Assembly (NCBI GenBank): GCA_964347035.1
Contig: CAYFXE010000003.1
Coordinates: forward strand, 17,570 to 81,569
Direction of reading: 5' to 3'
Length of the DNA stretch: 64,000 nucleotides
Origin: an uncultured Eubacteriales bacterium
GTDB taxonomy: Bacteria; Acidobacteriota; Aminicenantia; Aminicenantales; Aminicenantaceae
Shown: one piece after another, positions 1 to 8,879 of the stretch
Position numbering within the stretch: the first letter of the stretch is position 1
Layout of the letters: every line of letters starts with the position of its first letter
The notes under the pieces: model-generated
Told to the model about the DNA's origin: nothing
The model's database searches: none
What the model saw: the letters and a program-made list of their open reading frames with translations, nothing else
Position numbers and translations under genes: made by a program

Positions 1-1011
1 TATTTTATGAAGAGACGTTATGCGAGAGGCTTAAACCTTCAAAATGTCCTCATCGTCGGCGCTGGTGAGATGGGGAAGGCTGTCGCCCAAAGGATTGCCC
101 AGTACAAGGATTTGGGTTTTGTAGCCAGGGGTTTCCTGGACGATGAGAAGAAACCAGGAGAAAAAGTCGAGGTGGACGGAGGGATCGAGATCCTAGGCCC
201 AATCAAGGAATTAGAAACAATTATTGATCGCGAAAATATTAGCGATGTCTACGTGGCTTTGGATTTGAACAATTATCACAAGATTATGGAGATTTTCAAG
301 ATTGTCCATAGACATACGGTGAATGTGCGCTTGATCCCTGATCTCTTCCAGCTTCTGACCCTTAAAGCAAGGCTGGAAGACCTAGATGGATTTCCGGTCA
401 TCAGCATCGATGAGCCCCCCCTGCAGGGATTCATGAGAATCATCAAAAGGATCATGGACATCATGATATCTGGTGTTCTCCTTCTTCTGTTCTCTCCTTT
501 TTTGCTTGTCGTAGCAGCTTTGATAAAGCTTACTTCCAAAGGGCCAGTCATCTATCATCAGGAAAGAGTGGGATTGGATGGGAGAAAGTTCATCATGCAT
601 AAATTCAGGACCATGATCTGCGATGCAGAAAAAATGACGGGTCCTGTGATGTGTACGCCAGAAGATCCTCGGGTCACAAAGGTGGGGCATTTTCTGAGAA
701 AATTCAGCATCGATGAGTTTCCCCAACTCATAAATGTCATAAAAGGGGAAATGAGTTTTGTCGGACCCCGTCCCGAAAGGCCTGAGTTTGTCAAAGATTT
801 TCGAGATAGATATCCAAAATACATGCTCAGGCATAAAGTCAAATCCGGTGTGACAGGCTGGGCCCAGATCCACGGGCTGAGGCAGGATACTTCCATCAGA
901 AAAAGAATCGAATACGACTTCTACTACATGCAGAATTGGTCTATCGGACTAGATCTAAAAATTATCTGGAAGACGTTCAGAAAGGGTTTTATCGACAAGA
1001 AATTAAAGTAA
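1..1011 (+). CDS. Polyprenyl-phosphate sugar phosphotransferase (WbaP/EpsB-type bacterial sugar transferase), probably 5'-truncated by the window edge
   Basis: ORF 7..1011, with the frame open back to base 1. It has an NVLIVGAGEMG Rossmann-like segment and one TM stretch (ISGVLLLLFSPFLLVVAALI). The C-terminal sugar-transferase core is present (PVIYHQERVG, DEFPQLINVIKGEMSFVGPRPERPEF, GWAQI). Full-length family members usually carry extra N-terminal TM helices that are not seen here. Confidence 0.85.
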   Translation, partial: YFMKRRYARGLNLQNVLIVGAGEMGKAVAQRIAQYKDLGFVARGFLDDEKKPGEKVEVDGGIEILGPIKELETIIDRENISDVYVALDLNNYHKIMEIFKIVHRHTVNVRLIPDLFQLLTLKARLEDLDGFPVISIDEPPLQGFMRIIKRIMDIMISGVLLLLFSPFLLVVAALIKLTSKGPVIYHQERVGLDGRKFIMHKFRTMICDAEKMTGPVMCTPEDPRVTKVGHFLRKFSIDEFPQLINVIKGEMSFVGPRPERPEFVKDFRDRYPKYMLRHKVKSGVTGWAQIHGLRQDTSIRKRIEYDFYYMQNWSIGLDLKIIWKTFRKGFIDKKLK

Positions 1012-1097
1012 AAAGCCGCTGTCTCTCTTCCACTTGTAGATGATTTTTCGGCGCTTCTCGTTAAACTCCGGAGCGATGCCACAGAGAATGGCCTCGC

Positions 1098-2105
1098 CTA
1101 AGTTATCTTATTATAAATCGAATCTGCTGTTTTCGTATTAATCAATACAAAATACAAATCATAAATTTTTCTATTCTCCAGAACAAAACTCAATCTTTCC
1201 CTTTCAGAAATGATTTTGTTGATCATTTGTACTTTCCATTTTTTTGTTTTTTTATTCAGAGCTAAAGAAAAGATATCAGTCGAATGTTTTTGCATAGTTT
1301 CCACAGGTTGAACCTCAATTGTACATTTATGCAATCTACCTTCAGTTTTTTCTATATCCTTATGGTATTCAGTTTTATTAGACTTTCCTATCATTCGACT
1401 CAAAATTCCTTCTGTCACGATGTTTATCGCATACATTTTCTTTAGATCCGTACTCATTTGATTGTAAGTCTTTTCAGTCATCACAATTGGTGTATATATA
1501 TGGACGTCCTCTTGATTGCATTTCACCTCAATTTTTTTTTGCTCATGCTCGAGGCTTTCTTCACGAGGACAAACAAGTTCATAGTAAGCGGCAGTGGCGT
1601 TGAGAAGATTATCTGTCAGTTTATTGATATTGAGGCTCTGAAAATACCTGCCACCACTTCCTGTGATATAGGCGAGCTGCATTGCTCCGGATGTGTCATA
1701 GCTCATTGTTTTAAGCTTTCCGGGATTGATTGAATAAAAAATGCTCCCACTTTCTTTTAATGCCTTGATCAATTTTCGAAAATATTCGGACACAATACTT
1801 GTAAAGTTAAAATTTTCTAATCTAAATTTATATGATGATGCTTCGGCATCCGGAGCTTCTGCAATACTCGGGTCAAAATATTTATCGATGAGTTCATAGT
1901 CCTGGTATCCCTCGGAAAAGAGATAGATAATTTTAGGCTTGGTTATCATTTGAAAAGCAAATCTGATTTGATCAACTTTTATACTGAATTTTTCTATTTC
2001 TTGAATATATGCTTTTTTAAAAGAGTCCGGTGTGTTTTCTTTTGTTCTTGTTGGATCCGCGTATTCATTAACCTTATAGTCTGAACTTGCTGAAAACCTG
2101 TCCAT
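1098..2105 (-). CDS. Hypothetical protein in a conspicuously AT-rich gene; only distal VWA-like motifs
   Basis: 335-aa ORF with no competing frame. Segments IIYLFSEGYQD, SGSIFYSINPG and GSGGRYFQ resemble the C-terminal half of von Willebrand-A-type domains. No DxSxS MIDAS motif and no signal peptide are visible. The functional call is weak. Confidence 0.5.
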   Translation of the reverse strand: MDRFSASSDYKVNEYADPTRTKENTPDSFKKAYIQEIEKFSIKVDQIRFAFQMITKPKIIYLFSEGYQDYELIDKYFDPSIAEAPDAEASSYKFRLENFNFTSIVSEYFRKLIKALKESGSIFYSINPGKLKTMSYDTSGAMQLAYITGSGGRYFQSLNINKLTDNLLNATAAYYELVCPREESLEHEQKKIEVKCNQEDVHIYTPIVMTEKTYNQMSTDLKKMYAINIVTEGILSRMIGKSNKTEYHKDIEKTEGRLHKCTIEVQPVETMQKHSTDIFSLALNKKTKKWKVQMINKIISERERLSFVLENRKIYDLYFVLINTKTADSIYNKIT

Positions 2106-2144
2106 AAAAGAATCTCTGCTGGAAAATAAATCTTTAAACCATTT

Positions 2145-2723
2145 TTATTGTTTGAGAGCTTTAAGAAACCGGGCACCAATCAAGAAATATTGAATTCCAG
2201 AAAGGAGAGTCAAGACCAAAGTCAAGGAGTAGAACCACAAAAGAAGAGCAGGTGATGTTTGTAAATAGTTGAAAATGAGAACAAGAAGCAAAACCCCCAT
2301 TTGACAGAAAGTGGAAATTTTTCCGAGAAGCGTTGGGTAAAAGACTTTAGGGCCGGTCAGCTTTATAAGGATAAAAGAGCCAGAGGTGATGAGAACATCT
2401 CGTCCCACAACCACGACCGTCAACCAAAGGGGAATGGGGTTAGGAGAACCGAGGGAAGGAAGAGTCAAGGCGAGGAAGGCAGCGGTCATCAGCAATTTGT
2501 CGGCAGCTGGATCGAGGACCACACCTATTTTTGTTTTTTGATTCCAGATGCGGGCCGCTAGCCCATCCATGATATCTGTCGAACAAGCACAAAGAAATAA
2601 GAGCAAAGCAGCGAAAGATTCGTGGAGAACGAGCATCATTAGAAACACGGGAATAAGAAGAATTCTGAGAAGGCTGAGAATGTTGGCTGCTGTCCAGAAA
2701 GTCCGGTTCCCTTGTTTAGCCAT
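2145..2723 (-). CDS. pgsA: CDP-alcohol phosphatidyltransferase (CDP-diacylglycerol--glycerol-3-phosphate 3-phosphatidyltransferase-like)
   Basis: Exact family motif DG-x2-AR-x8-G-x3-D-x3-D in DIMDGLAARIWNQKTKIGVVLDPAADKLL. The 192-aa protein is multi-TM. Confidence 0.85.
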   Translation of the reverse strand: MAKQGNRTFWTAANILSLLRILLIPVFLMMLVLHESFAALLLFLCACSTDIMDGLAARIWNQKTKIGVVLDPAADKLLMTAAFLALTLPSLGSPNPIPLWLTVVVVGRDVLITSGSFILIKLTGPKVFYPTLLGKISTFCQMGVLLLVLIFNYLQTSPALLLWFYSLTLVLTLLSGIQYFLIGARFLKALKQ

Positions 2724-2762
2724 GTTCTAAGCTCCTTGCGACATCCAAGGATATGAGGGGGA

Positions 2763-4085
2763 TTATTTTATCAAGGCTAAAACAATATCGAGGAGTCTTA
2801 TCGTTTCCCGCCCGGAGATGGGAAGATCGGGGTTAAAGGTTCTGTCAGCGGATAGATCCATGATGTCGTAGGAAACAATCCGCAGGATCGGCTGGTAATA
2901 GTAGTTGTCTGGGGAGACATCGGATATTTGGATTTTTTTAGGCGGGATTTGACTGATGAAGGTAAAATTCTTAGTTTTCAGATGGTTGATCAGGCGGGAC
3001 AGGATTTCTGCCATCTCGGCCCGGGTCACAATTTTTTTGGGTTGAAAAGTATGGTTAGAGTAAACATCCAGAAGGCCGAAGGATGTAATTTTCATTATGT
3101 ATTTGGCGGCCCAAGAAGTGGCGATATCGATGATAATCGGAGGCTTTGTTTTAGGATCCCCGATGGTGTCCTTAAACTTGACGGCAAGAAGGGCCGCGAC
3201 TTCCTCTTTGGAAATCGCTTCTGATGCGGGGATGACATCATACTGGCTGGGAAGCTCAAAAATTCCCAACCTATTCTTCAACCTCTCCACGCGCGCCTTG
3301 ATCTCGTTGTTTTCAGGCTCTAGCTCGAGGACACGCTCATAGATTTCAAGACTGCGAGGGAAGTCTTCTGCCTCGAAAAGAGTTTCCCCGTATAGTTTTA
3401 GAATCTCATTATTCCTAGGTTCATTGTCATTTGCGGATTTGAGATGCAGCAGAGCATTCTCCAGATTATTCTCGTCCTTGAAGATTTGGGCGAGCGCTAG
3501 GTGAGCCTCAGTGGATTGAGGTGAATAGAAAAGAGCTTCGAGGTAAGCCCTTTTGCCGTTATTTGTATCATTTTGGGCCAGGTAGACTTTGGCCTGGTTC
3601 ATCGCTTCTTCTGTTTTCCTGATTCTTAGTGCTTCGTAAGATTGTCTTGCCCACGAGTTGTCGGCTTCACGCTTCAAAATTTCTCTGAATTCGACGAAAG
3701 CCTCCTCATCCCGAGCTGCCTTTTGATAAATCTGAGCCAAACCAATATGAGCGACAGTCATCTCGGGGTAATCCCTCAGAGCCTGTTTGAAGGCTCCCTC
3801 TGCTTCATAAAGCTGGTTGAGAAGAAGAGAGGCATACCCCAATCCCACAAAAAAGAAGGGACTTTCTCTCCCGAGTTTTTGGATGATTTTTTCTGCTTTT
3901 TTAGCTCTTCCCTGCTTCAGACTGTTCCAGGCTTCTTCTGTCATGATTCTCTCATCCAACGTCAGCTCAGTCACTATGGATTCGGGAAGTTCACCGATGT
4001 ATAAGGAGGGAGGCGGAGGCTGGTAGGTGGCGCATGACCATACAAGGGAAGAGAGTAAGATGATGATAAAGGCTTTTTTTACCAA
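2763..4085 (-). CDS. TPR-repeat lipoprotein with C-terminal SLH-like segment
   Basis: Lipobox-type N-terminus MVKKAFIIILLSSLVWSC. Several 34-aa TPR-like repeats follow (for example YERVLELEPENNEIKARV). The C-terminal stretches ISKEEVAALLAVKF and VTRAEMAEILSRLINHL resemble SLH repeats. Confidence 0.65.
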   Translation of the reverse strand: MVKKAFIIILLSSLVWSCATYQPPPPSLYIGELPESIVTELTLDERIMTEEAWNSLKQGRAKKAEKIIQKLGRESPFFFVGLGYASLLLNQLYEAEGAFKQALRDYPEMTVAHIGLAQIYQKAARDEEAFVEFREILKREADNSWARQSYEALRIRKTEEAMNQAKVYLAQNDTNNGKRAYLEALFYSPQSTEAHLALAQIFKDENNLENALLHLKSANDNEPRNNEILKLYGETLFEAEDFPRSLEIYERVLELEPENNEIKARVERLKNRLGIFELPSQYDVIPASEAISKEEVAALLAVKFKDTIGDPKTKPPIIIDIATSWAAKYIMKITSFGLLDVYSNHTFQPKKIVTRAEMAEILSRLINHLKTKNFTFISQIPPKKIQISDVSPDNYYYQPILRIVSYDIMDLSADRTFNPDLPISGRETIRLLDIVLALIK

Positions 4086-5341
4086 TGTGCATCTCCTCTT
4101 TTGATATAAGGTAGGTAATTTATAACCGAATGGGGATGGGCTAAAATTTTTAATTCAAAGTAATTTCCGTTCTCTCTACGTTTGAGGACCATGGCCCACC
4201 TGGGGAAGGAATGGATTATCTCTTTCTTTGATTTGGGGACTCGGATGTAGTACATTTTCAAATCTTTAAACAGAAGGGAGCGAAAAGCCTCCTTGAGATC
4301 CTCTATCCCTTCCCCAGTACGAGCAGAGATATAAGCGACACGGTTTTCAATTTTCTTGTTTTTCTCGAGAAGCCTTTTCTTGGATGGCAGGAGATCGATC
4401 TTGTTAAAAACTTTCAGGATCGGTACTTCTACCACGCCTAGTTCGAAAAGAATATTTTCCACGGCCTGTATCTGTACCTCGCTCGTGGGGGAGGTGATGT
4501 CGATGACATGGCAGATGCAATCTGCCTCTGTGAGTTCCTCCAAAGTCGCTCGAAAAGATGTGATGAGCTCGACTGGGAGGTTTTTGATAAATCCCACTGT
4601 ATCACTCAAGAAAAAATAAGGGCCGTCAGGGAGGGTGACGCGACGGAGAATTGTATCAAGTGTGGAAAAGAATTGAGGGGAGGTAAACATGTTCTCTCGA
4701 GAAAGCCGATTAAACAGAGACGACTTCCCGGCGTTTGTATAGCCCACGAGAGAGACTACCGGAACAGGGCTTTTTTTACGACTTTTTCTCTGATTGGCCC
4801 GCCGTCTTTGAATTTTTTTGATATCTTTTTGAATCTTGGAGATTCTGTCCAGGATTCTGCGCCTGTCTTCCTCCAGTTTTTTTTCACCCGGGCCACGCGT
4901 CCCGATACCTCCGCCCAGTCGGGAGAGTGAGCGACCTTTGCCGAGCAGCCTGGGAAGAAGATAGTTGAGTTGGGCTAATTCGACCTGGAGCTTTCCTTCT
5001 TTACTGCGTGCTCGCTGGGCAAAGATATCCAGAATGAGCTGCGTTCTGTCGATCACTTTGCTTTTGAATTCCTCTTCTAAGCTCCGCTGTTGAATCGGGC
5101 TAAGGTTATGGTCGAAAATAATAAGGTCGGCCTTGAGTTCCTCTTTTAACTCAACAATCTCCATGACCTTTCCTTCTCCAATAAGATATCTAGGACTGAT
5201 CTCTTCGCGGTATTGGAAGACTTCTCCAGCCACTTCAGCTCCTGCGGCTGAAACAAGGCGCTTGAGCTCCTCGATAGATTCCCCGGCCTGTTGTTTTTCT
5301 GTTTTGTTCGTAGCGAGATGGATGAGAAGCGCTCTTTCCAT
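4079..5341 (-). CDS. hflX: GTPase HflX
   Basis: HflX-specific GTRGPGEKKLEEDRRRI motif and G1 motif GYTNAGKSSLFN. I prefer the ATG at 5341 (MERALLIHL...) over the ORF-track start at 5404, because the 21-aa extension overlaps miaA. Confidence 0.9.
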   Translation of the reverse strand: MERALLIHLATNKTEKQQAGESIEELKRLVSAAGAEVAGEVFQYREEISPRYLIGEGKVMEIVELKEELKADLIIFDHNLSPIQQRSLEEEFKSKVIDRTQLILDIFAQRARSKEGKLQVELAQLNYLLPRLLGKGRSLSRLGGGIGTRGPGEKKLEEDRRRILDRISKIQKDIKKIQRRRANQRKSRKKSPVPVVSLVGYTNAGKSSLFNRLSRENMFTSPQFFSTLDTILRRVTLPDGPYFFLSDTVGFIKNLPVELITSFRATLEELTEADCICHVIDITSPTSEVQIQAVENILFELGVVEVPILKVFNKIDLLPSKKRLLEKNKKIENRVAYISARTGEGIEDLKEAFRSLLFKDLKMYYIRVPKSKKEIIHSFPRWAMVLKRRENGNYFELKILAHPHSVINYLPYIKRGDAHW

Positions 5342-5343
5342 TT

Positions 5344-6264
5344 TTAGTTTAAATTGTTTTCTATGTAGCGGACGATGGCCGAGAATTCGTATGGAGAGAA
5401 CCATTGGATTCCTTCCATCTTCTTAAACCAGGTCATCTGCCGTTTGGCGTAGTGACGCGTGTCCCTTTTTGTAAGCTCTATGGCTTCTTCTTGGGTCATT
5501 TCCTTTTTAATATACCTCAGGACGTGTTTATAACCTAAGGCCCGGAAAGGAGGAGCATTTTCCTCCACTCCGGTTTCTCGGAGGCCTCGGACTTCCTCGA
5601 TAATGCCTCTCTCGAACATTTTATCGACTCTCTCTTCGATTTTGCAGTATATTTCTGATCTCTCTAATTTTAACCCAATTTTTATAATAAGAAAATCTTT
5701 GACAAAAGATCTTGTTTTCAGGAAATGCTCCGAGAGAGGTGTTTTGCTGGTCAGGAAAACTTCCAAAGCGCGGATGATTCTTATCCTGTCGTTGCTTCCG
5801 ATTTTTTGGGCGTAGACAGGATCAAACTCATTGAGTTTTTTCCATAACGAGTCTAATCCCTTGTCTGTGGCCTCCTTCTCCAGTCTTCGACGGATGTTTG
5901 GATTGCTTCTGCCTTCAGGAAAAAGTCCATCCAGGAGAGCCTTCAGGTATAATCCGGTTCCTCCAACGATGATAGGAAGCTTCTTGCGTTCCAAGATGGA
6001 TTGGATAGCCTTCAGTGCCAGATAGACAAAATTGGCAGCGGTGAATTGAGTGAACGGGTCGACAATATCCAAAAGATGATGGGGAATGTTTTCTCTTTTT
6101 TCTTGGGGGATTTTATCTGTTCCGATATCGAAGCCTTTGTAGACTTGCATCGAGTCACAATTGATGATTTCACCTTTGAAGATTTTGGCTAGCTTTATGG
6201 AAGTCGTACTCTTCCCCACGCTCGTAGGGCCCAAGACGATGATGAGGTTTTTTTCAGAGTCCAA
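5344..6264 (-). CDS. miaA: tRNA dimethylallyltransferase
   Basis: P-loop GPTSVGKST followed by family-typical DSMQVYKGFDIGTDK. TTG start. The gene lies 2 nt upstream of hflX, with no room for hfq between them. Confidence 0.9.
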   Translation of the reverse strand: MDSEKNLIIVLGPTSVGKSTTSIKLAKIFKGEIINCDSMQVYKGFDIGTDKIPQEKRENIPHHLLDIVDPFTQFTAANFVYLALKAIQSILERKKLPIIVGGTGLYLKALLDGLFPEGRSNPNIRRRLEKEATDKGLDSLWKKLNEFDPVYAQKIGSNDRIRIIRALEVFLTSKTPLSEHFLKTRSFVKDFLIIKIGLKLERSEIYCKIEERVDKMFERGIIEEVRGLRETGVEENAPPFRALGYKHVLRYIKKEMTQEEAIELTKRDTRHYAKRQMTWFKKMEGIQWFSPYEFSAIVRYIENNLN

Positions 6265-6330
6265 TTTTTAGGATCAGAAGAACAAACAGGATAGAGAGAA
6301 AAACGAGCAGAGCCAGGATTTGCTTTCTTT

Positions 6331-7440
6331 TCAAGCCATCTCTCCGATCTTATTCAAGTTGTTGACAAGCATAGATTCATGCTCATCGCCCAGATTTTTT
6401 TTCACAGTCATGACCTCAGCCACGAGGATTTCGTTCAGGTCTCGGATGAGGTCCCTCTTTGTTTCCGCGCTGGCAAAGGCGATATCTGTCTTGAAGATGG
6501 AATCGATACGGATCCGTCCTTCGCTGTCAAACTTGACATCTTTCATGAGAGGAGAGAGATGTGGCTTAAGTTCCTCGATGCATTTTTCTAAAAGATTGAA
6601 TGCCACCGGTCCGAGCTCTTTGGAGATGTATTTATAGATGTAGGAGAATTTGTTGTTGAAAACAGCCAGCTTTATGTCCAATTCAAGAGGCGGAGATTTG
6701 GGTCGATGATGTTCTTGTGTTTTTCCCGGAGCAAAGGATATGAGTCCTAAACTCAGGAAAGCGAACAGGATTTTTTGCGTTTCCTTCTTACCCAATTCAC
6801 TCGTTTCACAGATTGTTTTGATGTTTTTTTGGCGTTTGAGAGCGTTCATAAGATAGTTTTCCGGTGGTTCGAGCTGGATTTGATGGAAGTAATAAGGATT
6901 TAGAACCTGGATTATCGCCTCTTCATCTGGAATTCGGGCTTCGATAGCTTTGTTGTTTTTCATCCGGCGTATACCCTGGAGGATAAAAGGAAGAGTTGGG
7001 ATCAAAGATAGAATTTGGGAGTCTGGGAGGCCGGTTTCTGAATCAAATTCATATGTTCCCTCATCCAGGTCAAATAGGGGTAAAGCCTTTTCTTTGAAAA
7101 AGACTTCCAGGAGTGGCCAAGTCTTGGTGGGACGTAGAGGACAGAGCTCATGTAAGGCCTTGAGTAGCGAACATTTGTTTTGCTCTGCGTAATTCTCGCA
7201 TTCTGTGAGCAGAGATGGATCGAGAATGTTTTTCTCGACCAAATCCCTGAGAAAATCTTTCATTGGGAGTGTTTTTTGGGCCAAGGCGATTTGGCCATCT
7301 TTGAAACCTAATATTTTATCAAGGTCTCCCTGTTTAACTCTCAGAAAACCCGTTTTTTCAGATTGCCAGAGGCGAAAAAGTAAGACGGGGATCGGATGTT
7401 CAGAGAGATTCCCTTGAATCCATTCTTCCTGGTCAGGCAT
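6331..7440 (-). CDS. DUF4388-like (PatA N-terminal-like) domain protein
   Basis: The N-terminal LFRLWQSEKTGFLRVKQGDLDKILGFKDGQI pattern is typical of DUF4388. The rest of the protein is unassigned. Confidence 0.5.
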   Translation of the reverse strand: MPDQEEWIQGNLSEHPIPVLLFRLWQSEKTGFLRVKQGDLDKILGFKDGQIALAQKTLPMKDFLRDLVEKNILDPSLLTECENYAEQNKCSLLKALHELCPLRPTKTWPLLEVFFKEKALPLFDLDEGTYEFDSETGLPDSQILSLIPTLPFILQGIRRMKNNKAIEARIPDEEAIIQVLNPYYFHQIQLEPPENYLMNALKRQKNIKTICETSELGKKETQKILFAFLSLGLISFAPGKTQEHHRPKSPPLELDIKLAVFNNKFSYIYKYISKELGPVAFNLLEKCIEELKPHLSPLMKDVKFDSEGRIRIDSIFKTDIAFASAETKRDLIRDLNEILVAEVMTVKKNLGDEHESMLVNNLNKIGEMA

Positions 7441-7463
7441 GGTTCATGAAACTATCAGTGTGT

Positions 7464-8171
7464 CTATCCCATGAATCGAAGAGTGAGAAGTCCGAGGACG
7501 ATATAGAATATGCTTTTTATGAGCCAAAAGCCGAACGAGATAAACAACGCTTTTTTAAGATCTATTTTAAAAATAAGGGAGAGTGCGTATCCGAAGATGC
7601 CGAAGAGCCAGAGCTGGAAAAAATCGACTTGGCTAAGGACCACATAAGTGGAGGAATTCACCTCTAGATTGGGAAAAAACAGGGCAAGACTGGTCGTGGT
7701 CTGGGCGACAGATTTTCGGGTGAGAATAAGGACTAACCGCACGGCATTGCCCAGAATCTTATCGATAAAATTCGCATGAACATAGGTCGATAGAATCTGT
7801 TTATAGTGCCCTTCTGGAGAAGTGAATCGCCCTATCCCAAGGATGATAAGACTGGAAAACAGGAGACCCACTAGAAAAAAGGCAGGATTTAACAGGAAAG
7901 ACTGAAGGAGAACGCTGATCTGGGAGGGATTCTCCAGTCTTTCGATCATCTGGTTGTACCTTTCTTCTCCCATACGTTCTTTTACTTTGATATTGTCTCT
8001 ATAAAACTCGAGACTGTCATTCCGGGCATAAGGAGAGACGATGTAGGCGAAGACGGCTGACAGGATGAGGAGGATGATGAGGGCATCGATCCAGACAGGT
8101 TTTTCGGAGATGGTTTTGAGGGTCGGCTGGGGATTGAAAAATATGCCCTGGAGACGTGAGAAAAAATTCAC
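7464..8171 (-). CDS. Yip1-family integral membrane protein
   Basis: 235 aa with about 5 predicted TM helices and a Yip1/DUF1282-like layout (N-terminal FFNPQPTLKTISEKPVWIDALIILLI). It starts 4 nt after the ABC ATPase stop. Confidence 0.55.
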   Translation of the reverse strand: MNFFSRLQGIFFNPQPTLKTISEKPVWIDALIILLILSAVFAYIVSPYARNDSLEFYRDNIKVKERMGEERYNQMIERLENPSQISVLLQSFLLNPAFFLVGLLFSSLIILGIGRFTSPEGHYKQILSTYVHANFIDKILGNAVRLVLILTRKSVAQTTTSLALFFPNLEVNSSTYVVLSQVDFFQLWLFGIFGYALSLIFKIDLKKALFISFGFWLIKSIFYIVLGLLTLRFMG

Positions 8172-8174
8172 GGC

Positions 8175-8879
8175 TTATCCTCCTTTTTGTACTTGCCTTT
8201 CGATTCGTCCGTCTCTTAAATAGATAATCCGTTGCGCTTGGTAGGCGATATCTTTATCATGGGTCACTATGATGACCGTATTTCCCTGAGAATGGATTTT
8301 ACTGAAAAGGTTCAGGATTTCTTGGCCTGTTTTGGAGTCCAGGTTGCCGGTGGGTTCGTCTGCAAACAGGAGGGAAGGCTCGTTGACCAGAGCGCGGGCG
8401 ATGGCGATCCTCTGGCGTTCTCCCCCTGAGAGTTCCGAGGGACGATGATTCCGCCTCTCCATCATTTCCACCATTTCCAAGGCTCTATTGACTTTTTCCA
8501 CTCTCTCTTTCTTGTTCGCTCCTTTGTAGATGAGGGGGAGTTCGACATTGTGGAAGGCCGTGGCTCGAGGCAGAAGGTTGAAAACCTGGAAGACAAACCC
8601 GATTTCCTCATTACGGATACGGGCCAGTTCGTTTTCGCTCAGGGTGCTGACGGATTTCCCCTTGAGATAATATTTTCCTTTAGTAGGGGTATCCAAACAT
8701 CCCAAGAGGTTCATCAGAGTGGACTTCCCAGAACCCGAGGGTCCCATGATGGCCACGAATTCGTTAGGCTCAATGGATACAGACACGCCACAGAGAGCTC
8801 TGACCTCTTGTTTGCCGAGCTGGTAGATTTTCCACAAATCTTCGGCGGAGATGAGAAGGTTGTTTTCCTGATCCATCAT
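8175..8879 (-). CDS. ABC transporter ATP-binding protein (MacB/LolD-type NBD)
   Basis: Walker [10 protein letters not shown], signature [15 protein letters not shown], and Walker [13 protein letters not shown]. Confidence 0.9.
   Translation of the reverse strand: MMDQENNLLISAEDLWKIYQLGKQEVRALCGVSVSIEPNEFVAIMGPSGSGKSTLMNLLGCLDTPTKGKYYLKGKSVSTLSENELARIRNEEIGFVFQVFNLLPRATAFHNVELPLIYKGANKKERVEKVNRALEMVEMMERRNHRPSELSGGERQRIAIARALVNEPSLLFADEPTGNLDSKTGQEILNLFSKIHSQGNTVIIVTHDKDIAYQAQRIIYLRDGRIERQVQKGG

Noticed and set aside
276-896. Numerous 60-190-aa ORFs antisense to or nested in the large conserved genes, for example 276..551, 382..873, 14179..14763, 30110..30691, 31727..32314, 40393..40893 and 47682..48086.
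   Set aside because: They are shadow ORFs of strongly supported genes on the opposite strand or in another frame. Their composition is low-complexity or biased, and they carry no motifs.
1003-1100. A GC-normal reading frame on the minus strand, DNLGEAILCGIAPEFNEKRRKIIYKWKRDSGFLL*. It could be a relic C-terminus of a displaced gene or a frameshifted tail of the AT-rich ORF.
   Set aside because: It is only 33 codons long with no start codon and no family I can recognise. It overlaps the sugar-transferase 3' end. Evidence is insufficient.
5341-5346. Looked for hfq between miaA and hflX, the classic miaA-hfq-hflX arrangement.
   Set aside because: The two genes are separated by only 2 nt, so no hfq can be present here. 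Its absence is noted but is not unusual outside Proteobacteria.
6254-6334. Tiny hydrophobic ORF (TTG-start, MKRKQILALLVFLSILFVLLILKIGL) between the DUF4388 gene and miaA.
   Set aside because: It is 26 codons long with a non-ATG start that overlaps the upstream stop, has no Shine-Dalgarno sequence, and overlaps the miaA start. It cannot be distinguished from chance without Ribo-seq or conservation data.
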